The notes under the pieces were generated by a model, which had not been told where the DNA came from, ran no database searches, and was given only the letters and a program-made list of their open reading frames with translations. The position numbers and the translations under genes are program-made. DNA of 47,006 bases from a virus (taxonomy: Duplodnaviria; Heunggongvirae; Uroviricota; Caudoviricetes). Shown piece by piece: positions 1 to 9,335 of the stretch (positions are counted from its first letter, which is position 1; every line of letters starts with the position of its first letter). The stretch is taken from the IMG/VR virus record IMGVR_UViG_2925903241_000004; one strand, given 5' to 3'.

Positions 1-1119
1 TCAAATAACCAACTTAACCCATTCCTGACCTCGAGTATCGTTATAGCGATCGGTGGTTGCCTGGACTTTATGTCCTAGTAATGTTTTTGTATCGATACCC
101 TGTGCACGGTACAGCCGTTCTGATAGAGAGCGTTGTTCATGAAATGTTGGCGGAGTTTTTCCTGCTGGTGGAATTATCCCAGCCAGATCCCGTGCTTTGG
201 CAAAGTAGTCGCTCAGGTTGTCTTTACTCATCGGCTTCGGTTGTTTCTGGTGCCGACTATGGATTAGATATGGACTTAATATTCTGTCTCGGCACCCATC
301 AATAACTTCTTTTAACGTTATCCCAATGGCATCACAGCGTAGTGTAAGCGGTAACGCCAGACGCATTCCGGTTTTTCCCTGGGTGATATGCAAGTGTTCG
401 TTCCACACATCTGAAAAACGCATGTGGCAAATGTCATCACGGCGCTGACCAGTAACAATCGCAAGAAGCATTGCGTTACGGATAAAGTGTTTTTCAGGCG
501 TTGCATTGTAAATTTTTTGCCAGTCTTCCATGGTGAGCCTGGCTCTGGTTACTTTAGGGATCGGTTTACGGGTAGCCTCCGGAGGATTCCATCCAGGAGG
601 AACTTCCCCTGCATGCTGTGCTTCTTTATAAATATCAACCCATAATCCACGATTTACTCTCGCTGTGCTGACCATGTCTTTATCCAGCCACTCATCCAGT
701 ATTAATGCAAAGTCTCTTACTTCCAGTTCTTTCAATGGGTGGTTTCCCAGACGGGAAACCAGGTATGCAGCCATTCGAGTTTTTTCTTTGTGAGTTGTAG
801 CTGCAATATCTCCATTTTTCAGTCGCGTGTCCTGTATTTTCAGATATCGATCAACCCATGCCTTTAATCTGATACCCCGACGTTTTGTTGCTGACAGACT
901 TTCATCAATTTTGCGCATGAAATATTCAGCTTCTGCTGCAGCTATTCGCTGATTGGCTGTGGAAGCGATTTTTTCTGCCTTACCTTTGTCTGTTCCGAGT
1001 CCGTGAAATTTTCCAGTCACAGGATTTTTATACTGGTAGTAAACTCTGCCAGTTCTGCGATCAAACTTTTCGTAAAGACCGGCTACGTCAGTGCTGTTTT
1101 TTCGTGGCCTCGGTGACAT
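1..1119 (-). CDS. int: Phage integrase, tyrosine recombinase (lambda Int family)
   Basis: 372-aa ORF from the track; ATG at 1119, stop at window position 1-3; C-terminal region typical of tyrosine recombinases; sits at the prophage left end followed by an excisionase-like gene. Confidence 0.9.
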   Translation of the reverse strand: MSPRPRKNSTDVAGLYEKFDRRTGRVYYQYKNPVTGKFHGLGTDKGKAEKIASTANQRIAAAEAEYFMRKIDESLSATKRRGIRLKAWVDRYLKIQDTRLKNGDIAATTHKEKTRMAAYLVSRLGNHPLKELEVRDFALILDEWLDKDMVSTARVNRGLWVDIYKEAQHAGEVPPGWNPPEATRKPIPKVTRARLTMEDWQKIYNATPEKHFIRNAMLLAIVTGQRRDDICHMRFSDVWNEHLHITQGKTGMRLALPLTLRCDAIGITLKEVIDGCRDRILSPYLIHSRHQKQPKPMSKDNLSDYFAKARDLAGIIPPAGKTPPTFHEQRSLSERLYRAQGIDTKTLLGHKVQATTDRYNDTRGQEWVKLVI

Positions 1120-1357
1120 GAGTTAAAATCTCCTTCAGTGCATCATCATCGCCAGTATGAATTTCCGGCGCAATTCCCGTTTCACCAGGCCCAACAAATA
1201 CTGCTCGGCGATCTATCAGCCAACGCCCACGAATTTTTTGTGGCCTTGGAACGATGTATCCTAGTTTTCCGTATTTCACCAGGGTAGTGTTTGTTATTGG
1301 GAGACTGAACCGTTTTGGTTTCCACTCGTCGAGCGTTATCAGGTACTGTTCGCTCAT
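1088..1357 (-). CDS. Excisionase-like protein
   Basis: Small ORF directly upstream of and overlapping the integrase start; ATG at 1357 preceded by GGAG; position and size fit an Xis-like protein. Confidence 0.6.
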   Translation of the reverse strand: MSEQYLITLDEWKPKRFSLPITNTTLVKYGKLGYIVPRPQKIRGRWLIDRRAVFVGPGETGIAPEIHTGDDDALKEILTHVTEATKKQH

Positions 1358-1418
1358 GGCTATCACTCCGGAACGCGCCAGTTGCAGAATATCAACGACA
1401 ACTGGCGACGGTTGAACA

Positions 1419-3860
1419 TTAAAAATCAGCCTGACTCGGGATCAGTTTTTGCCAGATAACTGAAACGTATTTTGCCTGGTAACGGGCGTCATCAAGTGCA
1501 TTATGGCGCTCACCTTCGAATGGAATAGCCGTTCTGGCATCGAAGTCTATGGCTTTCCCCAGCTCAACGATTGTGCGTACATCGCGATCGTTGTAGTAAC
1601 GCCACGGGCAGGGGATCCCCTGCCGTTCGTATGAACGGCGCAAAATCGTGTTGTCGAAGTTGGCTCCATTTCCCCAGACCTGAACAAAAAATTCACCGGA
1701 GTTTTCGTCGATAAATTCCCGCAATTGTAACAGTGCATCATCTAACGGGATTTCATCGGTCATAATGGCAGATTGCGCTTCGCGTGATTGCTTAAGCCAC
1801 CATTTAATGGTGTCCCGATCAATGACTCCGCCAGCAGTTTCCAGATCGATAGTCTTACTAAATTCCGGTCCCATATCTCCGGTTTGCGGATCGAAAAATA
1901 TTGCACCTATTGAGATGATCGGGGCATCAGGATTTTTTCCCATGGTTTCAAGGTCGATCATTAGATGGTCACACGTCCTGCTGGTGGATGTGATTTCTTG
2001 ATGACCGTTCACCTTAATTGAGTGATCTGCCGTCTCGCCAGTTTCATTATCGCTATCGTGATGCTGATTGCCGCCAGTGTTCTCCTTGTGTGGATGTTCA
2101 GCGCCTTCCATTTCCTCCGGATCATCTTCCTGAACTTCAACCTGATACTCTTCATCGAATGTTTCCTGGTATGTTGCGTCGCCCATCACCGCGCCACAAT
2201 CAGGGCAGTTGCCGCCGCCGGTCTGACCGCAGGCGGTGCAGACTTTTTCCACTTCCTGTTGCGCCACTGGTTCGGATTGTTTCGTTTCTGGCTCGTTTTG
2301 TAACGCATTTGGGCTGTTTTGTTCCGCTTTTTGGTCGTTCCGTTCCGATTCATGCTGGTTCTGGTTCACAGAATCGCGAGTCTGGATCCCTTTGACCCAT
2401 TTCGGATCATTAGGGTCGCTAATCCCCTCAACAAATTCACCACGCGATACAGCAAGTAACTTATCGGCGTCAGGCTGGCTGATATTGGCTGCCTGCATAA
2501 TTTTGTTTACTTCGTCAGCGGTGACTTTTACTTGGTTAGCGGAACTCACCTGCGACTGAGCATCCAGCGACTGCGCGTTCTGGCCATGTTCAGTTGTATC
2601 CGGTTCCATTGTTTCAGTTGTTGCCTGTTCACCTGCCATTGCGTCAGATGGTTGTGGTTTTTCTTCTTCTGTTTCACGCTCAGTAACCACCTCGCGGTTA
2701 ATTTCTTCCAGGATATCTTTTTCCGGCGTATGCCGGGCAGCTGTGAGAGTTTCCTTGCTGGGGTTCTCGTGATCAGTTTCCGTCAAATAGGCGTTGATAT
2801 ACCCCTGAAGGCGTCCCGGGTAGTGATAAAATTCAGGGTGTGCGCTTCGGATAAGTGCAAAAATAGCGGCGCGGGAATAGTCCAGAATACCCGGGGTTGC
2901 ACGAAGTGCTGCGGACCATTCTTTGAACGGACTTTCTTTGTTCAGGACTACTTCTTTTGCGCGACGATAAACGCTGCCCGGAATTTCATAAATATTAAAA
3001 TCCATCGGAAGTGTGGCTGCTGCAATCTCCACATCCAGTGTGTCGAGGGTGTGTACTAAATTCGGATTGCGATCGGTTTTGTTCCCACCGCCAGCATTAG
3101 CACCGGAAGCCGTGCGGGTGATGCGTGAAACACGATTTCCTTTCATCCACTCTTTTGTCAGCAGACCCCGATCAGTGTAGTCAGCGTCTAGGTATGCTTC
3201 GAAAAAAGCAGTTATTAGTCCCAGGTCTGAATTACCAGGATTAGGGAAAACTTTGTCAGTGTCACGAACCAGTTTGTGGAGGTCGCGAATCTCCAGCGAG
3301 TCGAGCAGACTGGTTTTATGCGAAATAGCCAGGGCAGTAACAGCCGGTAGTTCTTCAGCCCGTGCAATGTGTAATGCCTGGAGTTCGTCGCGTGAAACGT
3401 GCGTTACTGGTTTTTCGCTGCCGTGTTGAGCAAGCCAACGAATGGGCAGTTCCTGACCGGAGACAGGCAGAAGCATGCTCTCCTCAATCTCAGTCATGGC
3501 TTCGCCGTTGATGTTGGTATTGTCAGTGCTGGCTGGTTTGTCCTGAACAGAGGGGGAAGGGCCGATAAATGTCATTGTGATGCCATCTTTCCCGCCTTTT
3601 TCATAGCGGTTGCAGAATTCAGTATCAAACACGCCTTCTGGCGGAAGGTCGTCAACAACGGGCAAATTGACGCGGACGGGTTTTTTAAAGTCGTCTTCAT
3701 CATAATCGTTGTCATCCATTGCGGTAATGCAGCGGGAGATTGCAACAGATAATTTTTTTGCTGTAGTCCAGTAAAAACCACCTTTAATTCCTAGGCGTTT
3801 TCTTACTTTGTCATTTTTTGCTTCGCAATATAGTGCAAATTCTTCTTTATCAGTGCTCAT
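1419..3860 (-). CDS. Prophage exonuclease with C-terminal DnaQ-like 3'-5' exonuclease domain (YdfE-like position)
   Basis: 813-aa ORF; C-terminus shows DEDDh-type motifs ([25 protein letters not shown]); acidic low-complexity linker in the middle; N-terminal ~330 aa of unknown function. Confidence 0.8.
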   Translation of the reverse strand: MSTDKEEFALYCEAKNDKVRKRLGIKGGFYWTTAKKLSVAISRCITAMDDNDYDEDDFKKPVRVNLPVVDDLPPEGVFDTEFCNRYEKGGKDGITMTFIGPSPSVQDKPASTDNTNINGEAMTEIEESMLLPVSGQELPIRWLAQHGSEKPVTHVSRDELQALHIARAEELPAVTALAISHKTSLLDSLEIRDLHKLVRDTDKVFPNPGNSDLGLITAFFEAYLDADYTDRGLLTKEWMKGNRVSRITRTASGANAGGGNKTDRNPNLVHTLDTLDVEIAAATLPMDFNIYEIPGSVYRRAKEVVLNKESPFKEWSAALRATPGILDYSRAAIFALIRSAHPEFYHYPGRLQGYINAYLTETDHENPSKETLTAARHTPEKDILEEINREVVTERETEEEKPQPSDAMAGEQATTETMEPDTTEHGQNAQSLDAQSQVSSANQVKVTADEVNKIMQAANISQPDADKLLAVSRGEFVEGISDPNDPKWVKGIQTRDSVNQNQHESERNDQKAEQNSPNALQNEPETKQSEPVAQQEVEKVCTACGQTGGGNCPDCGAVMGDATYQETFDEEYQVEVQEDDPEEMEGAEHPHKENTGGNQHHDSDNETGETADHSIKVNGHQEITSTSRTCDHLMIDLETMGKNPDAPIISIGAIFFDPQTGDMGPEFSKTIDLETAGGVIDRDTIKWWLKQSREAQSAIMTDEIPLDDALLQLREFIDENSGEFFVQVWGNGANFDNTILRRSYERQGIPCPWRYYNDRDVRTIVELGKAIDFDARTAIPFEGERHNALDDARYQAKYVSVIWQKLIPSQADF

Positions 3861-3953
3861 TATTGGTAAACCTCATCACAGATTTAAGGGTGAACAAATC
3901 TCTGCCATTGCTGACATATAAGAATGAAACTGGATATTTATTACGGTGCTGTT

Positions 3954-4145
3954 TTAAAATCCTGCCGGGATTTCGTTATTATCCTGGTGAATAACTTTAT
4001 CGACCGGATAACAGTTGCCTGGAATTTTCTGTTCGGTTGCTGCTGCCATACATTCCTGCATTGTTCTGTGAACACTGACTGCAATATCAACTGGCTCTCC
4101 GGAAACAAGAAAAACCGTCAGAATAAGTGCAAATACTGGATTCAT
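3954..4145 (-). CDS. ydfD: YdfD-like small protein (Qin prophage lysis protein homolog)
   Basis: 63-aa ORF from internal ATG at 4145 with AGGATG-type RBS; ATGA start/stop overlap with the upstream DicB gene; hydrophobic N-terminus; length and position match ydfD of the dicB operon. Confidence 0.6.
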   Translation of the reverse strand: MNPVFALILTVFLVSGEPVDIAVSVHRTMQECMAAATEQKIPGNCYPVDKVIHQDNNEIPAGF

Positions 4146-4330
4146 TGTGCACATCCTTTTGGCATCAGACGTAAACGGGCCAGCATTGAAACAATGCATA
4201 CTTTATTTAATAACTCCCGTTCGTGTTTTCTTTTGTTAATGGCATCTTCAGTAAATACAGGATTACTGATAGTGACACCAATTTCAAAACAACCTTCAGA
4301 CGTATTAACGTTTGGTAATAACGTTTTCAT
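4142..4330 (-). CDS. dicB: Cell division inhibitor DicB
   Basis: 62-aa product MKTLLPNVNTSEGCFEIGVTISNPVFTEDAINKRK... closely matches my recollection of E. coli K-12 DicB; located just downstream of the DicF sequence as in the Qin dicB operon. Confidence 0.75.
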   Translation of the reverse strand: MKTLLPNVNTSEGCFEIGVTISNPVFTEDAINKRKHERELLNKVCIVSMLARLRLMPKGCAQ

Positions 4331-4499
4331 TATCGCGCCCTCAACAATGAGTTTTGTGATGCGGTGCCTGGTGCCTCCAGGTGACGTTAACCAGTTAACA
4401 ATTAACGCCGGATACAGAGAATCCACCCATAACACTGTTTTTGGTTTTAACTGTTCCGCGTGCGCTTAGCCGCATTCACCGCATCACAAAATTCACTTT

Positions 4500-4557
4500 A
4501 AAAAGGGCGGCAGAGCAGTCACGGAGTAAAACTGATACCGCCAAACGTCACCAGAAA
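4500..4557 (-). ncRNA. dicF: DicF small regulatory RNA (ftsZ-targeting sRNA)
   Basis: Reverse complement of 4500-4557 reads TTTCTGGTGACGTTTGGCGGTATCAGTTTTACTCCGTGACTGCTCTGCCGCCCTTTTT, matching the DicF sequence as I recall it, including its 3' hairpin and U-tract. Confidence 0.75.
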
Positions 4558-4898
4558 ATTGATAACAGAGGGCGTTGCAGTGGGGTTGTCACTTAAGCGT
4601 ATGGTCAACCTGACAACCCGGTGTCCTCAACGGGGGAAGGAATAACCCCGCCATACTTACCGCCGCGCCATTTCGCGGATTGCCACAACCGGAAGCGCAC
4701 GGTCGACGAAAATTTAACGACAGGCTATCTATGAACCAGCTACCTCGCCGTGCGCTTTCGCGTTATGGCCTGACTTTTCAGGGAAATATCCTTTCAGTAA
4801 ACTGTCAGTGCCGGATGCTCACCCGTGTCCGGCGCACGCACTCCACCTCACCCGTGGAGAACTCCTTAATTACCAACCTTAGCTTCGTTGGTTATCTA

Positions 4899-5117
4899 TT
4901 AACGCGGGTATGTAATCATTCTGGCAATGCTTAATGCCGCTGCTTTTTCCAGCCTGGTGATATCCTGCTCCAGAGCGGACAGATTTTCAGCCTGCTTAGC
5001 CCTGGCTTCATTGGCCCATTTCAAATCCTGCGCTGCATTAATTTTCTGGCGCATCCACTCATAAAGTTCATCATCGGTATAGTCTGGCGCGATGATGACG
5101 GGTTCTCGTTTCTGCAT
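4899..5117 (-). CDS. YdfC-like hypothetical protein
   Basis: 72-aa ORF with strong RBS (AAGGAG 6 nt upstream of ATG at 5117); position upstream of dicF/dicB matches ydfC of the dicB operon. Confidence 0.55.
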   Translation of the reverse strand: MQKREPVIIAPDYTDDELYEWMRQKINAAQDLKWANEARAKQAENLSALEQDITRLEKAAALSIARMITYPR

Positions 5118-5209
5118 GTCGGCTCCTTGTGGTTAGCGTTGCCTGCTTTTAACCACGTCAGGCGAGGTGGTATCCTCTGAGGGGTCTGTTACTCGAGAGG
5201 AAATTGGTT

Positions 5210-5410
5210 ATGAATACAATCAAGTTTTCTTGCCCAGAATGTGGTGGCGAAGTCTTTGACACATCCTTTAAACCGCAGGGCTCTGACAGTTTCGCGGGAG
5301 CCATCTGCAAAAATTGTGGTCACCTTGTAACTGAAGATGAGTCCTCGCAGTTTGATGACGAAATCGTTGACAATATCTTCGGTGCACTCACCAGAGACTT
5401 TCTGAAGTAA
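5210..5410 (+). CDS. Small zinc-ribbon protein (CPECGG...CKNCGH)
   Basis: 66-aa ORF from ATG 5210 with two CxxC pairs about 20 residues apart; antisense to the surrounding dicB-operon direction; overlaps an open minus-strand frame (5189-5545), so strand assignment is uncertain. Confidence 0.4.
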   Translation: MNTIKFSCPECGGEVFDTSFKPQGSDSFAGAICKNCGHLVTEDESSQFDDEIVDNIFGALTRDFLK

Positions 5411-5841
5411 AGGCGCATACCGCTTAGTTACCGCTCTGATAATTCTTACCTGTCCGGCAATGGCGCTGATATCAATATAAAGCGCCATCGCTGTTTCTTT
5501 GCTGATCCCTGGACGCCTTCCATTCTGATGTTTGACTTCGCCCACTGAGAAATCCTCTGTTTCCCCTTAACGCCGGGGTAGCGGAACAAAAACCTGCTGC
5601 ATAGTTATTAAAGTTGAACCCTGCCGTCATGTTCTTACGCCTCGGGCTGGCTACTTAACCCCTGACCACTGCCTGGTAACTCGAAGTATTGCCCTGCATT
5701 CTGTAGGATGGGGTGAGGGAATGAATGAAGTTTAGAAAAACGAACTTTTCAGGTCAATGTTTTTTTATCAAAACATTTTAAGCAGGCAGCTGTTAAGCCA
5801 TCACCACGATGGCATACAGTTAATCAAATAGATGAGGTTGG

Positions 5842-6480
5842 TTAAATATCTTGTTGAATTTTAAAGCATACGCCCAATATGCAAGATAGATCATCCAGCA
5901 TAATTGAAGGGTAGCGAGGATTCGTGGGGACTAAAAGAATATCCGGCCCTTCTATCTCCAGTTTACGAATGACAGGTGTTGTGGTCCCTTTGGGTAAGGC
6001 AAGGACAATATTTCCTGGTTGTACGGTTCGATCGGGATCAACAAAAACTGTTGAACCATTTGGGATGGAAACTCCCCCACCAGATGTTGACATACTGTCA
6101 CTCTCTAGAACAACTGCAAAGGTATTGACCGGGATTTCTCCGACAAGCTGCACACAAGAGGTTATTGAGGAATTTTTCATATAATCACTCCAGCTTGCTG
6201 CCTGCTGAAGTGATAGTAGCGGAACCGTTTTTATCGGCGGTAAAGATAGATCAAGCGAATCACCTGTATTTAACTCTCCTCCATTAAGAAGCCAATTTTC
6301 GTTTACTTTCAATATTTTTGCCAGTGAACTTATGTAACGCGAGGACGGCGCTCCTCCACCGTTCATCCATTGACTTACGGAGCCTTTTGATGCGCCAGTG
6401 CCATTGACAAGGTCTTTGCCTTTCAGGTTTAGCGCATGCATACGTTGGGTTATGCGTTCAGATATAGTTTGCTTGCTCAT
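5842..6480 (-). CDS. CI-like repressor with N-terminal HTH and C-terminal S24 (LexA-like) peptidase domain
   Basis: 212-aa ORF; N-terminal helix-turn-helix-like region and C-terminal region resembling LexA/CI autopeptidase domains; divergent from the Cro-like gene; no Shine-Dalgarno before ATG 6480 (possibly leaderless, as lambda cI from pRM). Confidence 0.85.
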   Translation of the reverse strand: MSKQTISERITQRMHALNLKGKDLVNGTGASKGSVSQWMNGGGAPSSRYISSLAKILKVNENWLLNGGELNTGDSLDLSLPPIKTVPLLSLQQAASWSDYMKNSSITSCVQLVGEIPVNTFAVVLESDSMSTSGGGVSIPNGSTVFVDPDRTVQPGNIVLALPKGTTTPVIRKLEIEGPDILLVPTNPRYPSIMLDDLSCILGVCFKIQQDI

Positions 6481-6571
6481 GTTTTGATTTTAAAACACAG
6501 ATGGTTTTGTTTCTTGACTTTCTTTGGTTTTGATTATTAAACTTTTGACGTTCAGTTTTATGGAGCGACTC
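6481..6571. promoter_or_regulatory. Repressor/Cro intergenic operator-promoter region
   Basis: 91-bp AT-rich divergent intergenic region with four TTTTGA-containing repeats (ttttgatttt, ggttttgtttc, ggttttgatt, cttttgacg) and a TTGACT -35-like hexamer at 6513-6518. Confidence 0.5.
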
Positions 6572-6814
6572 ATGAAAAAATCAGAAGTATTAGGCTATTT
6601 TGGCGGAGTTGTTAAAACAGCCGCAGCTCTAGGAACGTCAAAAACCACAGTCAGCATGTGGGGGGAAGAGGTTCCGTGGAAATGGGCGTTGCTAATTCAG
6701 GCAGTCACTGCCGGGGCGCTCAAATATGAGTTACACATACCGACGGTTGTCATTCCCGGTTCTGATCATAATCCGCCTTCTAACCAAGGGGGGATTCATG
6801 AAAATCAAGCATGA
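6572..6814 (+). CDS. Cro/DicC-like DNA-binding protein (YdaS-like)
   Basis: 80-aa ORF from ATG 6572 with GGAG RBS; MKKSEVLGYFGGVVKTAAALGTSKTTVSMW resembles small Cro/YdaS-family HTH proteins; divergent from the repressor. Confidence 0.7.
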   Translation: MKKSEVLGYFGGVVKTAAALGTSKTTVSMWGEEVPWKWALLIQAVTAGALKYELHIPTVVIPGSDHNPPSNQGGIHENQA

Positions 6815-7223
6815 ACACATCCGCATGGCGATGAATGCCTGGGCGCATCCGGACGGCGAAAAAGTACCGGCTGCGAAAATTACCAAAGCGTATTTCGAGC
6901 TGGGAATGACGTTCCCGGAACTGTATGACGACAGCCATCCGGAAGCCCTGGCTCGCAATACCCAGAAAATTTTCCGCTGGGTGGAGAAAGACACCCCTGA
7001 TGCAGTTGAAAAAATTCAGGCGTTGTTACCAGCGATCGAAAAGGCAATGCCACCTTTGCTGGTGGCCAGAATGCGCAGCCACAGTTCAGCTTATTTTCGG
7101 GAGTTGGTGGAGACGCGGGAGCGACTGGTGAGAGACGCTGATGATTTTGTCGCAGTGGCAATCGCCGGTTTCAATCAGATGAACCGTGGTGGCCCGGCAG
7201 GAAATGCTGTGGCAGTACATTGA
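6798..7223 (+). CDS. YdaT/CII-like regulatory protein
   Basis: 141-aa ORF from ATG 6798 (RBS AAGGGGGG); MKIKHEHI... N-terminus and position after Cro resemble YdaT-family prophage regulators. Confidence 0.5.
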   Translation: MKIKHEHIRMAMNAWAHPDGEKVPAAKITKAYFELGMTFPELYDDSHPEALARNTQKIFRWVEKDTPDAVEKIQALLPAIEKAMPPLLVARMRSHSSAYFRELVETRERLVRDADDFVAVAIAGFNQMNRGGPAGNAVAVH

Positions 7224-7294
7224 CTGACAATAGTCATATCGAATCGCTTCCGGCAACTCGTGAGTAAAAAGATTCGGTATCAGAAGAGGTGAGT

Positions 7295-8365
7295 ATGGCT
7301 AACGCCTGGCTCAGATTATGGCATGACATGCCAAATGACCCTAAGTGGCGAACAATTGCCAGGGTGTCAGGGCAGCCAATTGCAACAGTGATGGCAGTGT
7401 ATATCCACCTCCTGGTGAGCGCGTCACGAAATGTCACGCGAGGTCACATTGATGTCACGACAGAAGATTTGGCAAGTGCGCTCGACGTGACAGAAGAGGT
7501 AATTGATTCAATTTTGCAGACGATGCAGGGGCGGGTACTTGATGGTGATTTAATCACTGGATGGGAAAAACGCCAGGTGCTGAAAGAGGACAACGGCAAT
7601 ATTTCGCAAACCGCAAAATCTCCGGCAGAGCGCAAGAGGGCGCAGCGAGAGAGGGAAAGAAAGCGGGAACAAAATGGCGATTGTCACGGCGAGTCACGAA
7701 ATGTCACGCACATGTCACGACGAGTCACGACAGATAAAGATACAGATAAAGATACAGATCAAGAAGATCAAAACACTATGGTCCATGGCGTAAAAAACGC
7801 CACGAACCAGGCAGGGGATGTTCAGACCGTCACTCCTGGCCAGCCCGCAGGCACGACACCGGAAGCCGATTCAGCGTATGCGCTGAAAGCCGATTCGGGC
7901 GCTGTGCAGCAGGTGATGACCGCAAGGCAGGAGCAATCACACCAACTTCAGCAGCCTGAAGCCGATTCCGCCATTCAGCGGGAAGCCGATCGGGTAGTCC
8001 CGGAAAACACCGGGCAGCCTGTGGGACGAGTGGATTATCCTGATGTGTTCGAACAGGTCTGGCGGGAATACCCGTTGCGTGCCGGGGCAAACCCGAAGAA
8101 ATCCGCTTTCAGTGCCTGGAAAGCCAGATTACGCGAGGGGGTGCCACCAGAGGCCATGCTGGATGGCGTGAGGCGTTACGCAAGATACCTTGCGGCTACC
8201 GGGAAAACGGGAACGGAATTTGTTCAGCGAGCGACGACGTTTTTTGGACCGGACCGGAATTTTGAAAACCCCTGGCTGCTCCCGGTAAGCGGCACGAACA
8301 ACCAGCGTTGTGTGAATCATATTTCTGAACCGGATAACGAAATTCCGCCGGGCTTCAGGGGGTAA
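7295..8365 (+). CDS. Phage replication initiation protein (O-like), contains internal origin iterons
   Basis: 356-aa ORF from ATG 7295 (GAGG RBS); conserved N-terminal region common to lambdoid replication initiators; iterons and an AT-rich tract lie inside the coding sequence, as ori-lambda lies inside O. Confidence 0.6.
   Translation: MANAWLRLWHDMPNDPKWRTIARVSGQPIATVMAVYIHLLVSASRNVTRGHIDVTTEDLASALDVTEEVIDSILQTMQGRVLDGDLITGWEKRQVLKEDNGNISQTAKSPAERKRAQRERERKREQNGDCHGESRNVTHMSRRVTTDKDTDKDTDQEDQNTMVHGVKNATNQAGDVQTVTPGQPAGTTPEADSAYALKADSGAVQQVMTARQEQSHQLQQPEADSAIQREADRVVPENTGQPVGRVDYPDVFEQVWREYPLRAGANPKKSAFSAWKARLREGVPPEAMLDGVRRYARYLAATGKTGTEFVQRATTFFGPDRNFENPWLLPVSGTNNQRCVNHISEPDNEIPPGFRG
7423..7463 (+). 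repeat. Origin iteron set 1 (4 x GTCACR at ~10-bp phasing)
   Basis: GTCACG at 7423 and 7433, GTCACA at 7443, GTCACG at 7454; helically phased direct repeats inside the replication gene. Confidence 0.6.
7683..7780 (+). repeat. Origin iteron set 2 (5 x GTCACG at ~10-bp phasing) plus adjacent AT-rich tandem repeat
   Basis: GTCACG at 7683, 7693, 7703, 7714, 7724, followed by tandem acagataaagat x2 and an A/T-rich stretch (7731-7780) that could act as a DNA-unwinding element. Confidence 0.6.
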
Positions 8366-8405
8366 GTGTTAATTTCTGGTCATGAGGTAATTTTCAGGAG
8401 GGCTT

Positions 8406-8828
8406 GTGGCAAAAGTTTTTACACAAGAAGAGCGGGAAAAAATTAAAGGACAGGTTCTTGAACTCGTACGCCAGAGTGGGCGCGAGACGTTACGACAACT
8501 GGAAGCTAAAACTGGGGCAACAAGATATCTGATGAGCGTTCTGGCCAGAGAGCTGGTTGCCAGTGGCGATGTATACAATTCTGGCTACGGGTTATTCCCG
8601 TCTGAACAGGCTCGTAAAGACTGGCAAAATGCCCGCAAAAAATTATCGAGGGCAAAGCTGAAGAAACCGGTTGTGGTTGATCCGGACCTTATCTGGTCGT
8701 TACCTGACGGAGAAATACGTCGCTACGACAGTCGCCTAAACATAATCTGTCGCGAGTGCCGGAAGAGTGAAGCTATGCAGCGTGTACTGGCTTTCTATCA
8801 GGGTAATTTTCAGGAGGCGGTACTGTGA
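8406..8828 (+). CDS. Hypothetical early-region protein
   Basis: 140-aa ORF with GTG start preceded by AGGAGG; no recognisable family from sequence alone. Confidence 0.5.
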   Translation: MAKVFTQEEREKIKGQVLELVRQSGRETLRQLEAKTGATRYLMSVLARELVASGDVYNSGYGLFPSEQARKDWQNARKKLSRAKLKKPVVVDPDLIWSLPDGEIRRYDSRLNIICRECRKSEAMQRVLAFYQGNFQEAVL

Positions 8829-8885
8829 GTGAAATTAGCTATCAGGCTTCAATTACCGCTGGCATTCGCATCAAAGGAGAGGAGC

Positions 8886-9242
8886 ATGGAAATAAAACCA
8901 GAGGATGAGTTAAGCAATATCGTTTTATTTCCGGTAAAAGAGGATGACCCTCGTAATCAGGTTAATTTTCTTTATGAGCCATCGGAAAGACCATATTGTC
9001 ATCACGCCTCTGTCCGGGTTGACGAAAAAGAGCGTCAGGTCCGCTGTAAAATCTGCGGTGCAGTTGTGGAGCCATTTGACTGGATGCTCTCTGTGGCGAA
9101 AAGAGAAACCAGACTGGCAGATGATGTAAGGCTCTTGCGTCAGGAGGAGCGGGAAAGGCGAAAAAATATAGAAAAGCTAATTCAGATTGAGCGTAACGCG
9201 AAAGCGCGGATACGCAGGGCGACAAAATCCAGAACTGAATAA
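8886..9242 (+). CDS. Hypothetical protein with CxxC...CxxC motif and basic C-terminal helix
   Basis: 118-aa ORF from ATG 8886 with AGGAGAGGAG RBS; CHH...CKICG cysteine/histidine cluster; Arg/Glu-rich C-terminus. Confidence 0.5.
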   Translation: MEIKPEDELSNIVLFPVKEDDPRNQVNFLYEPSERPYCHHASVRVDEKERQVRCKICGAVVEPFDWMLSVAKRETRLADDVRLLRQEERERRKNIEKLIQIERNAKARIRRATKSRTE

Positions 9243-9335
9243 TTAAATTTAGCTCTGTTAAAAATTTAATCCTTAACCGGAGGGATTTCTGCACCCTCAG
9301 AACATCAGGAGGCCGCCCGAAAGGGCGGTAGTTAA

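Noticed and set aside
3924-4469. 181-aa plus-strand ORF overlapping dicB and ydfD
   Set aside because: Antisense to two small genes with good RBS and translational coupling that match known Qin-prophage proteins; Cys/Phe-rich product typical of an AT-rich antisense frame.
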